Assembly (NCBI GenBank): GCA_030593295.1
Contig: JAUVHO010000005.1
Coordinates: 9,827 to 73,826 of the forward strand
Length of the DNA: 64,000 bases
From: Methanomassiliicoccales archaeon
GTDB lineage: Archaea > Thermoplasmatota > Thermoplasmata > RBG-16-68-12 > SOIM01
Direction of reading: 5' to 3'
Shown piece after piece: positions 52,434 through 61,251 of this stretch. Within the stretch, counting starts at the first letter, position 1, and each line of letters opens with the position of its first letter. A program made the translations under genes and the position numbers. The notes under the pieces are model-generated. The model saw only the letters and a list, made by a program, of their open reading frames with translations. It was not told the DNA's origin and searched no databases.

Positions 52434-52565
52434 ATGATTCCCGTGAGATTCAACCAATGTGAAATCAAGTATTTAACTATAAGGATATGAAAGGGATGAG
52501 AGCCAGCGTACTCAAAGGGAGCGCAGCATAGCTTTATAGTGCGTTTCTGTTTTTGGAACGAGAAC

Positions 52566-53642
52566 ATGACGGAACCATCATTCCTCAAGATGTTGAAGGG
52601 TGTGACCGCTCTGAGCGTCACTTCGGTTCTGATTCTGTTGTCGTTCAGTGCATTGGCCCAGACGGTTGAGACGGAGTCGACCCATCTCCCCGTCGCACTC
52701 TACAGAGGTTGTGCAGTTTGGGTGGGCGATTACGCCCTGTACATAGGCGGCCGGACGGAGGCCGAGCAGCAGGACACGATCATCAAGTACGACCCTCACA
52801 CGCATGAAGCGGAGAACCTCACCACCAAACTTCCCACACCAAGAGGGAGCATCTCGTGCGTGTGGACGGGGCAATACGTCTACATTTTCGCGGGAACATA
52901 CTCTGGATCTAATCTGAATGACATTCTGAGGTTTGACCCGGACACAGGCATTATCGAGAAGATGCAAGAAGTGCTGCCGATGAACCTCACCGGAACGTCT
53001 GCGGTCTGGCATGACTCCAAGGCCTACATATTCGGCGGACACAACGAATCCAAGGTGTTCTCCGACCAGGCCTTGGTCTACGATCCTTCGGCTGGAACGG
53101 TAACGAACCTCTCATCCCGATTGGTGACGCCGAGAGCAGGAACATCTGCTGTATCGGACGGGACGCGCATCTACATATTCGGCGGAAGGAACGTGACGAC
53201 CGTCTATACCGATATCATGGAACTGGACCCTGATGCCGATACGCTCGAACTGATGGCTTCACGGTTGCCACACCCCACATATCATATGTCGGCAGTCTGG
53301 GACGGCGAATATGCATACGTCTTCGGAGGGGCGGACCTGACCTCGAGGTCCGATGAGATCTTGCGGTTCGATCCTCATCACGATGATATCGGAGTCCTTA
53401 GTGTTCATCTCCCAACACCAAGGGAACTGACAAAGGCGGCCTGGAACGGCACGGTCGCATACATATTCGGAGGGAAGAACGCGGGGGAAAGTTATGATGA
53501 TATAGTTACATTCGACCCCCACGGAGTCGTTCATGAGGAGGAGCCAGAGCCGAATGCTCTACTGTGTCTTTCGGTCCTGCTAGGATTGGTCATCCTCATT
53601 GCTGTGATTATGTTGGCCTCCCCGAAAAGAAAGAAGGAATGA
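52566..53642 (+). CDS. Kelch-repeat beta-propeller protein with signal peptide and C-terminal TM anchor
   Basis: It has six repeats of the YIFGG/YVFGG type (ALYIGGR, VYIFAGT, AYIFGGH, IYIFGGR, AYVFGGA, AYIFGGK). The C-terminal anchor is LLCLSVLLGLVILIAVIMLA. Confidence 0.7.
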   Translation: MTEPSFLKMLKGVTALSVTSVLILLSFSALAQTVETESTHLPVALYRGCAVWVGDYALYIGGRTEAEQQDTIIKYDPHTHEAENLTTKLPTPRGSISCVWTGQYVYIFAGTYSGSNLNDILRFDPDTGIIEKMQEVLPMNLTGTSAVWHDSKAYIFGGHNESKVFSDQALVYDPSAGTVTNLSSRLVTPRAGTSAVSDGTRIYIFGGRNVTTVYTDIMELDPDADTLELMASRLPHPTYHMSAVWDGEYAYVFGGADLTSRSDEILRFDPHHDDIGVLSVHLPTPRELTKAAWNGTVAYIFGGKNAGESYDDIVTFDPHGVVHEEEPEPNALLCLSVLLGLVILIAVIMLASPKRKKE

Positions 53643-53655
53643 GGGATTTGGGATC

Positions 53656-54477
53656 TTAATGCTGCTCTTCGTACTCCTGCGGAGGCGGCGGTGAGTATTG
53701 TTCGACGGGTTGCTGTGCGGGTTGCTGATATCGCGGTTGGACCGGCTCTTGCGGTGCCGCCGCGTACGTCCCGACCTGCTGAATCTGAATCTCCTTGGGC
53801 TTCAACTTGATCTTCAATTTCTCGGGTTTGGGTTTGAGTATGTTCCAGCCGGCCTTCGTAATGGCAGCTCCAACAAGGAACATCACTAGGAACAAGGTGC
53901 CCATGAGCAATGCGGCCGCGATTGGAAAAATGATGTCGGTGAAGTCGATGTTGAAATCGAATTCCGGGAAATCGGATTGACTTGCCCCGTTAATGTAAGC
54001 TCCCTCTTCAACGTTCACTTCCGCCTGTGCGGAGTTCCGCTTACCGTTCTCATCCTCGATCCTCAAAGTAACTTGATACGACCCATTCCTCGGATATGGA
54101 ACTTGAGGATTGTCTTCATGAGTTGTGTTTCCTTCACCGAGAAACCATTCTCTCTGTTCAATGGCCCCGTCACCTTTCCAAGAATCGTCCTGGAACTGCA
54201 CAACAAGACCGTCGGATGACCAGCTGAACGCGGCCTCAGGACCTTCAACATTCTCTTCCTGGGGGAACTGCTCCCTGAAGAAGTCCCCCGCTGAGAATGC
54301 GAGATTCATCGCCATAAGGAACACAGCCATCATGACGATTATGCCCACGATGATCAGAACTAGGCCGATTATTAGGTCCACGATCTCTCGTCTCATGTTA
54401 ATCAAGGCGATTGACGATGAATTGGCATATTTAACCTTGAGGAGGCCATTATCGACTGAGATATTGTCTACTGCCAA
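53656..54477 (-). CDS. membrane protein with a PKD-like ectodomain and a P/Q-rich tail
   Basis: TM LIIGLVLIIVGIIVMMAVFLMAM, a PKD-like segment (WFLGEGNTTHEDNPQVPYPRNGSYQVTLRIEDENG), a second TM, and the tail PQEPVQPRYQQPAQQPVEQYSPPPPQ. Confidence 0.55.
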   Translation of the reverse strand: MAVDNISVDNGLLKVKYANSSSIALINMRREIVDLIIGLVLIIVGIIVMMAVFLMAMNLAFSAGDFFREQFPQEENVEGPEAAFSWSSDGLVVQFQDDSWKGDGAIEQREWFLGEGNTTHEDNPQVPYPRNGSYQVTLRIEDENGKRNSAQAEVNVEEGAYINGASQSDFPEFDFNIDFTDIIFPIAAALLMGTLFLVMFLVGAAITKAGWNILKPKPEKLKIKLKPKEIQIQQVGTYAAAPQEPVQPRYQQPAQQPVEQYSPPPPQEYEEQH

Positions 54478-54600
54478 TAATCTCTCTAGGGTTCATGTGA
54501 CATTGAAAAGCCCGACATTCTGCGAAACTGTTAAGTGATATGATGACTTGTGCATTTCTGGACCTGCGGAGAGATGGGATAGCCTCAAAGGAGAGTTTAA

Positions 54601-55422
54601 ATGGCATTGGAAGACCAGATTTGGGAAGGTATGGTTTGGCTGTGGGAGACTCTGATTATCGGGCTGATCTACGCTATTGTGATACTCATAGTTGGGTACA
54701 TAGTCGCGAAGGTGGTCAAGTGGCTCGTTGTAAAGGCACTGAAGCGAGTGAAGGTGGATGATTTCTTCAGGGAGACCGGTTTGCTGGAATCTTTGCGTGG
54801 TGTAGGGTTCACCGGCGTTCCGGACCTGTTGGGACTGTTGGTGTTCTGGTTCATCTTCATGATATTCGTCGCAATGGCCTTGGAGCAGTTGGGCTTTGAA
54901 CAAGTGAGCGCACTTGCCACACTGATAGTCGAGTACCTGCCCAAGATCATCGGCGCCGCACTCATAATACTGGCCGGCATGTGGCTGGGTACTTGGGCGG
55001 CAAGTCGAGTGAAGGACCCAGCAGAGGAGGCCGATCTGCCCATAACATCCGACACGCTTGGTTCGCTAATCAAGTGGATGGTGGTGTTCATAGCTGTCGT
55101 CCTGGCTCTTGGATTGCTGGGCGTGGAAACGACCATACTGGTGACCACGTTCACCATTCTCATTGCGGCAATCGCGGCAGCAGTTGCGATATCCTTCGGA
55201 CTGGGCGGAAGAGACGTTGCTGCCAACGTCAGCGCCTATGCGGCGGTCGAGAAATCCATCAGGATCGGTGACGAGGTCACGATCGGCGAGCACCGGGGAA
55301 CGGTCCTTCTGATCGGAAGGTATATGACCACGTTAAAGAACGACGTTGGAGACAGGGTATCAATCCCCAATTCCACCATCATGGAGAACGTGATAGTGAA
55401 GAAGTCTCCGAAGTCCGGTTAG
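54601..55422 (+). CDS. small mechanosensitive channel-like protein (MscS beta-domain)
   Basis: Several TM helices followed by IRIGDEVTIGEHRGTVLLIGRYMTTLKNDVGDRVSIPNSTIMENVI. Confidence 0.65.
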   Translation: MALEDQIWEGMVWLWETLIIGLIYAIVILIVGYIVAKVVKWLVVKALKRVKVDDFFRETGLLESLRGVGFTGVPDLLGLLVFWFIFMIFVAMALEQLGFEQVSALATLIVEYLPKIIGAALIILAGMWLGTWAASRVKDPAEEADLPITSDTLGSLIKWMVVFIAVVLALGLLGVETTILVTTFTILIAAIAAAVAISFGLGGRDVAANVSAYAAVEKSIRIGDEVTIGEHRGTVLLIGRYMTTLKNDVGDRVSIPNSTIMENVIVKKSPKSG

Positions 55423-55517
55423 ACGAACCTGGACGGGTCGGATCTTTGGAACAGTCATACGCATCAGTTTGAACTCTCCCCGTGCATCTGGCTCACAGGT
55501 CATGAGAAGCGTTAAAT

Positions 55518-56144
55518 ATGCCCGAGTCCAAGAGGGGTGTGATGTCCGACTCAGAACAAAAGCCGGAATATGCGTTCCTGGCGACCCTCATTGGCGGGAT
55601 CTTCATCCTCGTGGACGGAGCCATCGGCTTCATGATTGCGGTCAGGTCGGGTTATTGGTACATCTGGATATGGGATTTCCCGTATTCAGCGTTCCTCCTG
55701 GGAGCTCTGGGGATCGTCCTTGGTGTGCTGATCATCATGTCTGGCATCATGGGATACAAGAAGATCCAGAGGACCTCGGTAATAGGTATGATGGTCATTG
55801 CCCTGTCCATTGCGAGCTTCATCCTCACGATGGGCGGCTTTGTCATCGGCTTCGGGTTCGGATTGGTGGGCGGCATATTGTTCCTTGTGTGGGAGCCCGC
55901 CGAGATGAAAAACTGCCTGCATTGCGGAAAGACGATCAAGCTGGACAGCTGGTATTGCCCGCATTGCGGTTACACCTACGTGCAGCCGTACTACCAATAT
56001 CCACAGTATCAGTACCAGTACCAGCAGGCACAACCACAGGCGCAAGCACAGCCCGCGGCAACGGGTCAGAAGTTCTGCATGAAGTGCCGCGCCGGGCTGG
56101 CGGAGGGTGCCGCCTTCTGTTCGCAGTGCGGTCAGCAGACGTGA
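55518..56144 (+). CDS. membrane protein with two C-terminal zinc ribbons and a Y/Q-rich linker
   Basis: Four TM helices, then CLHCGKTIKLDSWYCPHCG, YYQYPQYQYQYQQAQPQAQAQ and KFCMKCRAGLAEGAAFCSQCG. Confidence 0.55.
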   Translation: MPESKRGVMSDSEQKPEYAFLATLIGGIFILVDGAIGFMIAVRSGYWYIWIWDFPYSAFLLGALGIVLGVLIIMSGIMGYKKIQRTSVIGMMVIALSIASFILTMGGFVIGFGFGLVGGILFLVWEPAEMKNCLHCGKTIKLDSWYCPHCGYTYVQPYYQYPQYQYQYQQAQPQAQAQPAATGQKFCMKCRAGLAEGAAFCSQCGQQT

Positions 56145-56170
56145 TGAGCAACCATGGGATGCCAGTGAGT

Positions 56171-56845
56171 TCAAGACTGCCTATTGGAAATGCTGACAAT
56201 CGCCATGTGGTCCTTCTCGTAGGGGTTCAGTTCACTTGATTCCAGGACCTTCAGTCCGGCTTCTCTGAGCTCTTTCTTGACGGAGTCGTAGATGATCTTG
56301 GGGTCCTTTGAGACGTCTATGCTCCGGGCCTTGACCATGAGATAAGCGGTCCCTCCATCCTTCAGAAGTCTGAGGTTCTTGAGGAAGATGTCCGCCTGGT
56401 GTCTTTGGGCTATGTCCATGTAGATGATGTCCACCGTATCCACCAAGTGCTTGTAGGTCTCGGGGCTGTGGGCGTCGGCCATTATGGGCATCATGTTGTG
56501 TCTGGTCTCGCACAGGGATACCAGTTTCCTAAAAGGCGGGGGAGAGATCTCCACGCAGTAGACGGTCCCGTTGGAGACGAGGTCGGAGATGTGGCTTGCC
56601 GTGGTTCCAGTTGCGGCACCGAGGTACAGGACGGTGCTGTCTTCTTTGAATGGAAAAGTCTTGCATCCCTTGAGTATGAAGGCGGCCAGTTTGCTTCTTT
56701 TCGGGTTCCAGGCGCGGTATTGAGCGTCAAGATGCGGTTCGAGCTTCTCGCCGTAGACGGACTGTCCGGGGACGAGGTTGACGGTGTAGATGGTCCTGCC
56801 GTCGGTGTAGACGCCGGGAAGTCCATGGGGGGTGATCTCGACCAT
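56171..56845 (-). CDS. flpA: fibrillarin-like rRNA/tRNA 2'-O-methyltransferase
   Basis: Motifs seen: YRAWNPKRSKLAAFI, VLYLGAATGTTASHISDLV, IYMDIAQ. Confidence 0.9.
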   Translation of the reverse strand: MVEITPHGLPGVYTDGRTIYTVNLVPGQSVYGEKLEPHLDAQYRAWNPKRSKLAAFILKGCKTFPFKEDSTVLYLGAATGTTASHISDLVSNGTVYCVEISPPPFRKLVSLCETRHNMMPIMADAHSPETYKHLVDTVDIIYMDIAQRHQADIFLKNLRLLKDGGTAYLMVKARSIDVSKDPKIIYDSVKKELREAGLKVLESSELNPYEKDHMAIVSISNRQS

Positions 56846-56886
56846 TTAACAAGTCATCGGGGAAGGCTCACTTAATACTAGTTATG

Positions 56887-56931
56887 AAGATAACGTTATA
56901 AACTTACAGCTTCATGCGAATCCGCAATAAA
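56887..56931 (+). promoter_or_regulatory. promoter-like repeat, copy A (palindrome ATAACGTTAT overlapping TTATAAA)
   Basis: aagataacgttataaactt (56887-56905) is identical to 58811-58829. Similarity continues for about 45 nt. Confidence 0.55.
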
Positions 56932-56955
56932 GGAGTGTGTCAGAGGGATTGAACA

Positions 56956-57549
56956 ATGAGCAGGCTACTATACGAAGAACCGCTCTCAAGGTTTGCCATT
57001 CAGAAATCTGGTTTGATGTTGCTTACATGCGTACCTACATTCGTCCTACTCTATATCGTGGTGGGTGAGGTACTGTGCGACCTCTCCAATTTGTATTGCG
57101 ATATGGTTCCTCGTCCTGACATTTTTGATATTCTCATCTTTACGCCGATCATTGCACTGTTCTCATTCTCGCTTGTCCGGCTAGCCTTTGCGAGGAAGAG
57201 AGTCAGGATCTTTGAGGACAGAATAACGGTCGGCCTGCCAAGGAAGATATTTCCAGGTCTCAGTGTTGTCCTTCACGGAGATGTCATAAGGAAAGCCGAC
57301 ATTCGAGCGGCCAGATTGGAAGTTCTTACCAAGGACGGTGAAGAATACAAGATAAAGGTGAAGTTCTTCGGTCATTTTGGTAGCTCTGGAGACTGGAGAT
57401 TGCTGTTGTTCTACAAGAATGGTGAAACCAGGGGGTGGGCTTGGGACCAATTGTTGCAGGGAGACAAAGCTGGGAAGGCAAAGGCGAGGAGAGCTATAGA
57501 GAGGTTCCTGAGCGGCATTCCAACTGAGGCTTCTGCGCCTCAGGGCTAG
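56956..57549 (+). CDS. membrane protein with PH-like (bPH/YdbT-like) cytoplasmic domain, paralogue 1
   Basis: LLYEEPLSRF..RLAFARKRVRIFEDRITVGLPRKIFPG...SGDWRLLLFYKNGE...AIERFLSGIP is collinear with the 57703..58599 protein. Confidence 0.5.
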   Translation: MSRLLYEEPLSRFAIQKSGLMLLTCVPTFVLLYIVVGEVLCDLSNLYCDMVPRPDIFDILIFTPIIALFSFSLVRLAFARKRVRIFEDRITVGLPRKIFPGLSVVLHGDVIRKADIRAARLEVLTKDGEEYKIKVKFFGHFGSSGDWRLLLFYKNGETRGWAWDQLLQGDKAGKAKARRAIERFLSGIPTEASAPQG

Positions 57550-57702
57550 GACAATGAATATGAAGCGGTCTTTGTACAGATCCTAGCGGGCTTTTCCTTC
57601 ATCATGGCTTCATGGGGGTACATTATAATAGGCGCAGACAGAATATTGACTTGAGGATATCGTTTCCGACCTGGGAACTCCTACAGTCAGGGAGTATGAC
57701 AG

Positions 57703-58599
57703 ATGATTTCACCAAGCCAAGAGTTCCAGCTATTATATGAAGAACCCAGAAAAAACCACCTTAAGAGGAAATGGGCCTTCATTGCCTTTGTGTTTGTTCC
57801 ATTCATGGTTCTACTTCGCATCTTTGGAGGTCCACTGGATGGTCTGACCTTTCTCCTCCTGGTTCTCTTTTGTTTCATAAATGTATTCACAGCGGTGAGA
57901 CTTGGATTCTCAAGAAAAAGGTTTAGGATTTTCAGTGACAGATTGGTACTCAGTTCACCCAGAAGGGTACTTCCCAGTCTAAGAACTCTATGGAACGGCG
58001 AAGTCATTTGGAAACGTGATGTCCAATTGGCGAGATTCAATGTCCTTTCAAGAGACGGAGAAGAGTTCGCAACGAAGGTGCCAGGAAGGCCCAACAGCGG
58101 GATGTCAGGAGATTGGAGACTTGAGTTGATTCTAAAGAATGATGAGAAATACCAATGGGACCGGCGAGACTTGTTGGAAGCCGACGAAACGTCCAGAAAG
58201 AATGGGAGGATGGCGATTGAGAAGTTCTTGGATGGTGTTTCTCGAGAGCATGCCAACATCCAAGCGCCGGAGAGAAGGAGTGTCACTGGCAGTCCCAAAC
58301 ACAGAGAAGTCAATCTTGCGAAGTCGATTGAAACTATGGAAGCGATGGCGTTCATTGTGGTGGGGATTGTGACGCTGGGTATTGGGGGCTTCTTTCTTTG
58401 GACAATCATCCAGGTGTCTTTAGAATCGAATCAGCCCCCGATCACGAACATGGCGCTCGCACTCTTGTGGGCTGTGTTCATACTGTCAATAGGGGCTGGA
58501 TCGGTAGTTGTCGGACATCGAAGGTTGAAAAGAATGCAGTTCATGAGAAAGGAGAGGTCAAAAGCCAACTTGGCCAGCGGAAAGGAGTTTGGTCCATAG
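57703..58599 (+). CDS. membrane protein with PH-like domain, paralogue 2 (extra C-terminal TM pair)
   Basis: LLYEEPRKNH..RLGFSRKRFRIFSDRLVLSSPRRVLPS...SGDWRLELILKNDE...AIEKFLDGVS. Confidence 0.5.
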   Translation: MISPSQEFQLLYEEPRKNHLKRKWAFIAFVFVPFMVLLRIFGGPLDGLTFLLLVLFCFINVFTAVRLGFSRKRFRIFSDRLVLSSPRRVLPSLRTLWNGEVIWKRDVQLARFNVLSRDGEEFATKVPGRPNSGMSGDWRLELILKNDEKYQWDRRDLLEADETSRKNGRMAIEKFLDGVSREHANIQAPERRSVTGSPKHREVNLAKSIETMEAMAFIVVGIVTLGIGGFFLWTIIQVSLESNQPPITNMALALLWAVFILSIGAGSVVVGHRRLKRMQFMRKERSKANLASGKEFGP

Positions 58600-58600
58600 G

Positions 58601-58804
58601 TTATCGTTTCTTCTGGCTCTGGGGACACTCCTGAAACCACCGATTGCAGAATCTGCAATAGAACCTCTGATAATACCTCCTGTGGGATTTGCGATAGACG
58701 CGGCCGTGTTTGCTCACACCATCTATTCCGCCGCATTCAGGACAGGGTTCCACAACCGTTCTTGGAAGAAGTTCCGGAAATGGATAAACATGATGATTCC
58801 GCAT
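58601..58804 (-). CDS. orphan IS1 InsA-like zinc-ribbon protein
   Basis: 67 aa: CPECGGIDGVSKHGRVYRKSHRRYYQRFYCRFCNRWF, a CxxC..CxxC pattern with QRYxC typical of IS1/IS1595 N-terminal fingers. No transposase catalytic ORF is adjacent. Confidence 0.45.
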   Translation of the reverse strand: MRNHHVYPFPELLPRTVVEPCPECGGIDGVSKHGRVYRKSHRRYYQRFYCRFCNRWFQECPQSQKKR

Positions 58805-58810
58805 GCGAGT

Positions 58811-58855
58811 AAGATAACGTTATAAACTTCCAGCATCATTCGAAGCGGTAATGGG
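58811..58855 (+). promoter_or_regulatory. promoter-like repeat, copy B, in the 46-bp divergent spacer
   Basis: aagataacgttataaacttccagcatcattcgaagcggtaatgg. TTATAAA at 58820-58826 lies about 25 nt before the ATG at 58851, suggesting a leaderless transcript. Confidence 0.55.
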
Positions 58856-59318
58856 GGAAGATGAGGACAAGGAAGACATCCGCAAGGAGATCAAGGAACT
58901 GTCAGAAAAGATAGACAAACTTGAAGAAACCCTCAGCAAGATCTCCAAACCGTACTCGGACATCGTCGGGTACATGGGCCAGTTCCAGAGCGTCTCACGA
59001 GGTTATTTCCGGCTCTTGGACCTGTACGAAAAGCACGGATCGCTCTCTCCCGAGATCATCATCCCCGAACTGAAGGACCCCATATCGAAAGAGATAGTGG
59101 TCGTACTTTTCAGCAAGAAGGAGCAGAACATCTCCCAGATAACCGAGGAGCTCAAGAAGAGAAGAGGGACAGCGTCCAGAAGGATAGTCAGAGAGAAACT
59201 GCAGTCGCTCTTGGAAGACAACATCGTGGTCTGCGAGGAAGGCTCAAAGACGAAGAAGTACAGCATATCCGATGAAGTGGTCGAAAAGTGGTCACAAGTG
59301 CTCGGTTTACCTAAATAG
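58851..59318 (+). CDS. coiled-coil plus winged-helix transcription regulator
   Basis: DIRKEIKELSEKIDKLEETL, then ISKEIVVVLFSKKEQNISQITEELKKRRGTASRRIVREKLQSLLEDNIVVCEEGSKTKKYSISDE. Confidence 0.55.
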   Translation: MGEDEDKEDIRKEIKELSEKIDKLEETLSKISKPYSDIVGYMGQFQSVSRGYFRLLDLYEKHGSLSPEIIIPELKDPISKEIVVVLFSKKEQNISQITEELKKRRGTASRRIVREKLQSLLEDNIVVCEEGSKTKKYSISDEVVEKWSQVLGLPK

Positions 59319-59360
59319 AGTGCCCAACCTAAGCTAATATCACAAGGCAGGTGATAAGAA

Positions 59361-59750
59361 ATGGTAGAAGACGCAGAACACGTGAAAGAGATCCTTGAAG
59401 TCGTATCCGAGAAGATCCCCAAGCTGATCGAGAACCTGACCGACATTCTCTATGGAGAGAAGTCCTCGGCCAAGTTCGGCAAGGCGGTGGCCAGTTTCTA
59501 CAAGGAGCTGGTGGACAGCGGGATGACAAAGGACCAGGCGTACGAGCTGACGCAGCAGTACATGTCCAGCCTCAACCTGTCCGGCCTCATAGGCGACGCG
59601 GTCGGCGGTGGCGGGATCCACAAGGGCGGTCATAAGATAATGATACATACCGGCTCAGACGACTGCGGACACGGAGACCACGACATCGGCAAGGAGATCG
59701 AAGAGCATGTCAAGGAAAGAATCCGAAAGAAGCTCGAGGACGAGGAGTAG
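59361..59750 (+). CDS. hypothetical protein with a Gly/His-rich segment
   Basis: 129 aa: FYKELVDSGMTKDQAYELTQQYMSSL, then GGGGIHKGGHKIMIHTGSDDCGHGDHD. Confidence 0.4.
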   Translation: MVEDAEHVKEILEVVSEKIPKLIENLTDILYGEKSSAKFGKAVASFYKELVDSGMTKDQAYELTQQYMSSLNLSGLIGDAVGGGGIHKGGHKIMIHTGSDDCGHGDHDIGKEIEEHVKERIRKKLEDEE

Positions 59751-59802
59751 GGTCCCTCTAGAGATCCTGCCCTCCATCCCCTCCCTCATAGTCAGAGGGG
59801 GC

Positions 59803-59979
59803 GTGGCCTATCTCAAGTCCAAGAACGTCCGCAGAAAAGGCGTCAAGAACTTCAGGAAACAGTTGAAGAAGAGCGGGATGACCAAGGGCCAGGTAGAGGA
59901 ACTCACCAAGCAGTACGAGGACATCGGAAGGATCAGAAGCTACCTCGACGAGTTCGGGTTCCTGGGAGGCATCTTCTAG
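59803..59979 (+). CDS. small basic protein sharing the SGMTKxQ..ELTxQY motif with the upstream ORF
   Basis: ORF 59707..59979 overlaps the previous gene. The plausible start is the GTG at 59803 (VAYLKSKNVRRKGVKNFRKQLKKSGMTKGQVEELTKQYEDIGRI...). The start is uncertain. Confidence 0.3.
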   Translation: MAYLKSKNVRRKGVKNFRKQLKKSGMTKGQVEELTKQYEDIGRIRSYLDEFGFLGGIF

Positions 59980-59997
59980 ATTCAACAAACCTATCGA

Positions 59998-61251
59998 TCA
60001 GTCTAGAAATTCTTTTATTGTGTAGGCAAGGTTCTCTCCGACGCCCTTCACTGATGAGAGGCTGTTGAGTGATGCGTTTCTGAGGGATTCCATAGAATTG
60101 AAACCGGCCTCGATGATGACCTTGGCCTTTTTGGACCCGATCCCCGGGATGGATACAAGGAAGTCCTCGATGGGCGTCGATTCCTCCTCTTCCACCATCT
60201 GGAGCTGTTGGTGAACCTCATCCAGACTGGTTCTCGCATCCTCGAAACCAGGAGAGAGTTCCAGGGCACTGTGGAAGCAGTCCAGGGCCTCGCCGAGTTT
60301 CTTCAATCCTCTTAGCACGGTGCCCCTGTTGTTCCACGCTTCAGCGTTTCCGGGGTCGACCTCTATGGCCTTTCCGAAGCATGCCAGCGCCTTCAAATTC
60401 TCGTCAAGGCCCATGTGCAGGACCCCTCTGCAGTTCCAGAATTCTGCCCTGTTTTCGATCTTCAGTGCCTTCGTGAAATGTCTCTTCGCGTCGTCCACCA
60501 TTCCCAATCTTGTCAGAGCTGAAGCCTTGTTGCACAATGCCGCAGCGTAATCGTCCCTCAGCTCGAGCGCCTTGTTGAAGCATCTCAGGGCGGCCTCGGA
60601 GTCCTTTTCGACAAGGAGAGTCCCTTTCAGATTCCATATCTCTTCCAGGTTGTCGTCGACCTCCAGTATCTTCTGAAGGTGGTCGAGGGCCTCTTCCGGT
60701 TTGCCCGTGGCGATGCAGATATAGGCCATTCTCAGCCAGACCCATTCCTCGACGCCTTCCAGAATGGCGAGCTCGTCGCATATCTTGTAAGCGTCCTCGA
60801 ACCTTCCAGATCCGATCAGTATGTTGACCTTGTTCCTTCTTGCCAGGAGGCTGTTATCGTTGAGTTCCAGGGCCTTCTCGTACGACAGCAGGGAATCGGT
60901 GTGATCGTTCAGCTGATACTGTGCGTTCCCTTTTCCGACCCAGAGTTCATCGGATTCGTGCCAGGTGTCCAGACACTGGTCGTACAGTTCCTGGGAGAGT
61001 TCCCACTTGCCCGCATTGAATGTCAGAAGGGCCTTGTCGAATGGTGAAAGAAGTTCGTATGGCGAGGGCGGTTCTTCGGGTATCTCGTCCTCAACCGGCG
61101 GGGGCGGAGCATGCTCCTCGACGTACCGAGTGAGCCTATCCATCAGAATCTCGTTCTTACCTTTCCTGGATAGTTTATAGGTCTTGCAGTAGCGCTTCAT
61201 CTCCTTGCGGGTCATTTCGGCTATCTCTTCGACCGTGGGCTGACGTTTCAT
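59998..61251 (-). CDS. SAP/Rho_N-like plus TPR plus C-terminal helix-hairpin-helix protein
   Basis: ORF 59998..61272. The likely start is the ATG at 61251, forming an ATGA overlap with the upstream stop. It contains EMKRYCKTYKLSRKGKNEILMDRLTRYV, about 8 TPR units, and a C-terminal IPGIGSKKAKVIIEAGFNSMESL..LSSVKGVGENLAYTI. Confidence 0.6.
   Translation of the reverse strand: MKRQPTVEEIAEMTRKEMKRYCKTYKLSRKGKNEILMDRLTRYVEEHAPPPPVEDEIPEEPPSPYELLSPFDKALLTFNAGKWELSQELYDQCLDTWHESDELWVGKGNAQYQLNDHTDSLLSYEKALELNDNSLLARRNKVNILIGSGRFEDAYKICDELAILEGVEEWVWLRMAYICIATGKPEEALDHLQKILEVDDNLEEIWNLKGTLLVEKDSEAALRCFNKALELRDDYAAALCNKASALTRLGMVDDAKRHFTKALKIENRAEFWNCRGVLHMGLDENLKALACFGKAIEVDPGNAEAWNNRGTVLRGLKKLGEALDCFHSALELSPGFEDARTSLDEVHQQLQMVEEEESTPIEDFLVSIPGIGSKKAKVIIEAGFNSMESLRNASLNSLSSVKGVGENLAYTIKEFLD

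Noticed and set aside
56884-56941. C/D-box sRNA next to the fibrillarin gene
   Set aside because: ATGAAGA is one mismatch from a C box, but there is no proper CUGA D box at the 3' end (the sequence there is GTCAGA). The duplicated copy at 58811 does not preserve the box-like positions.
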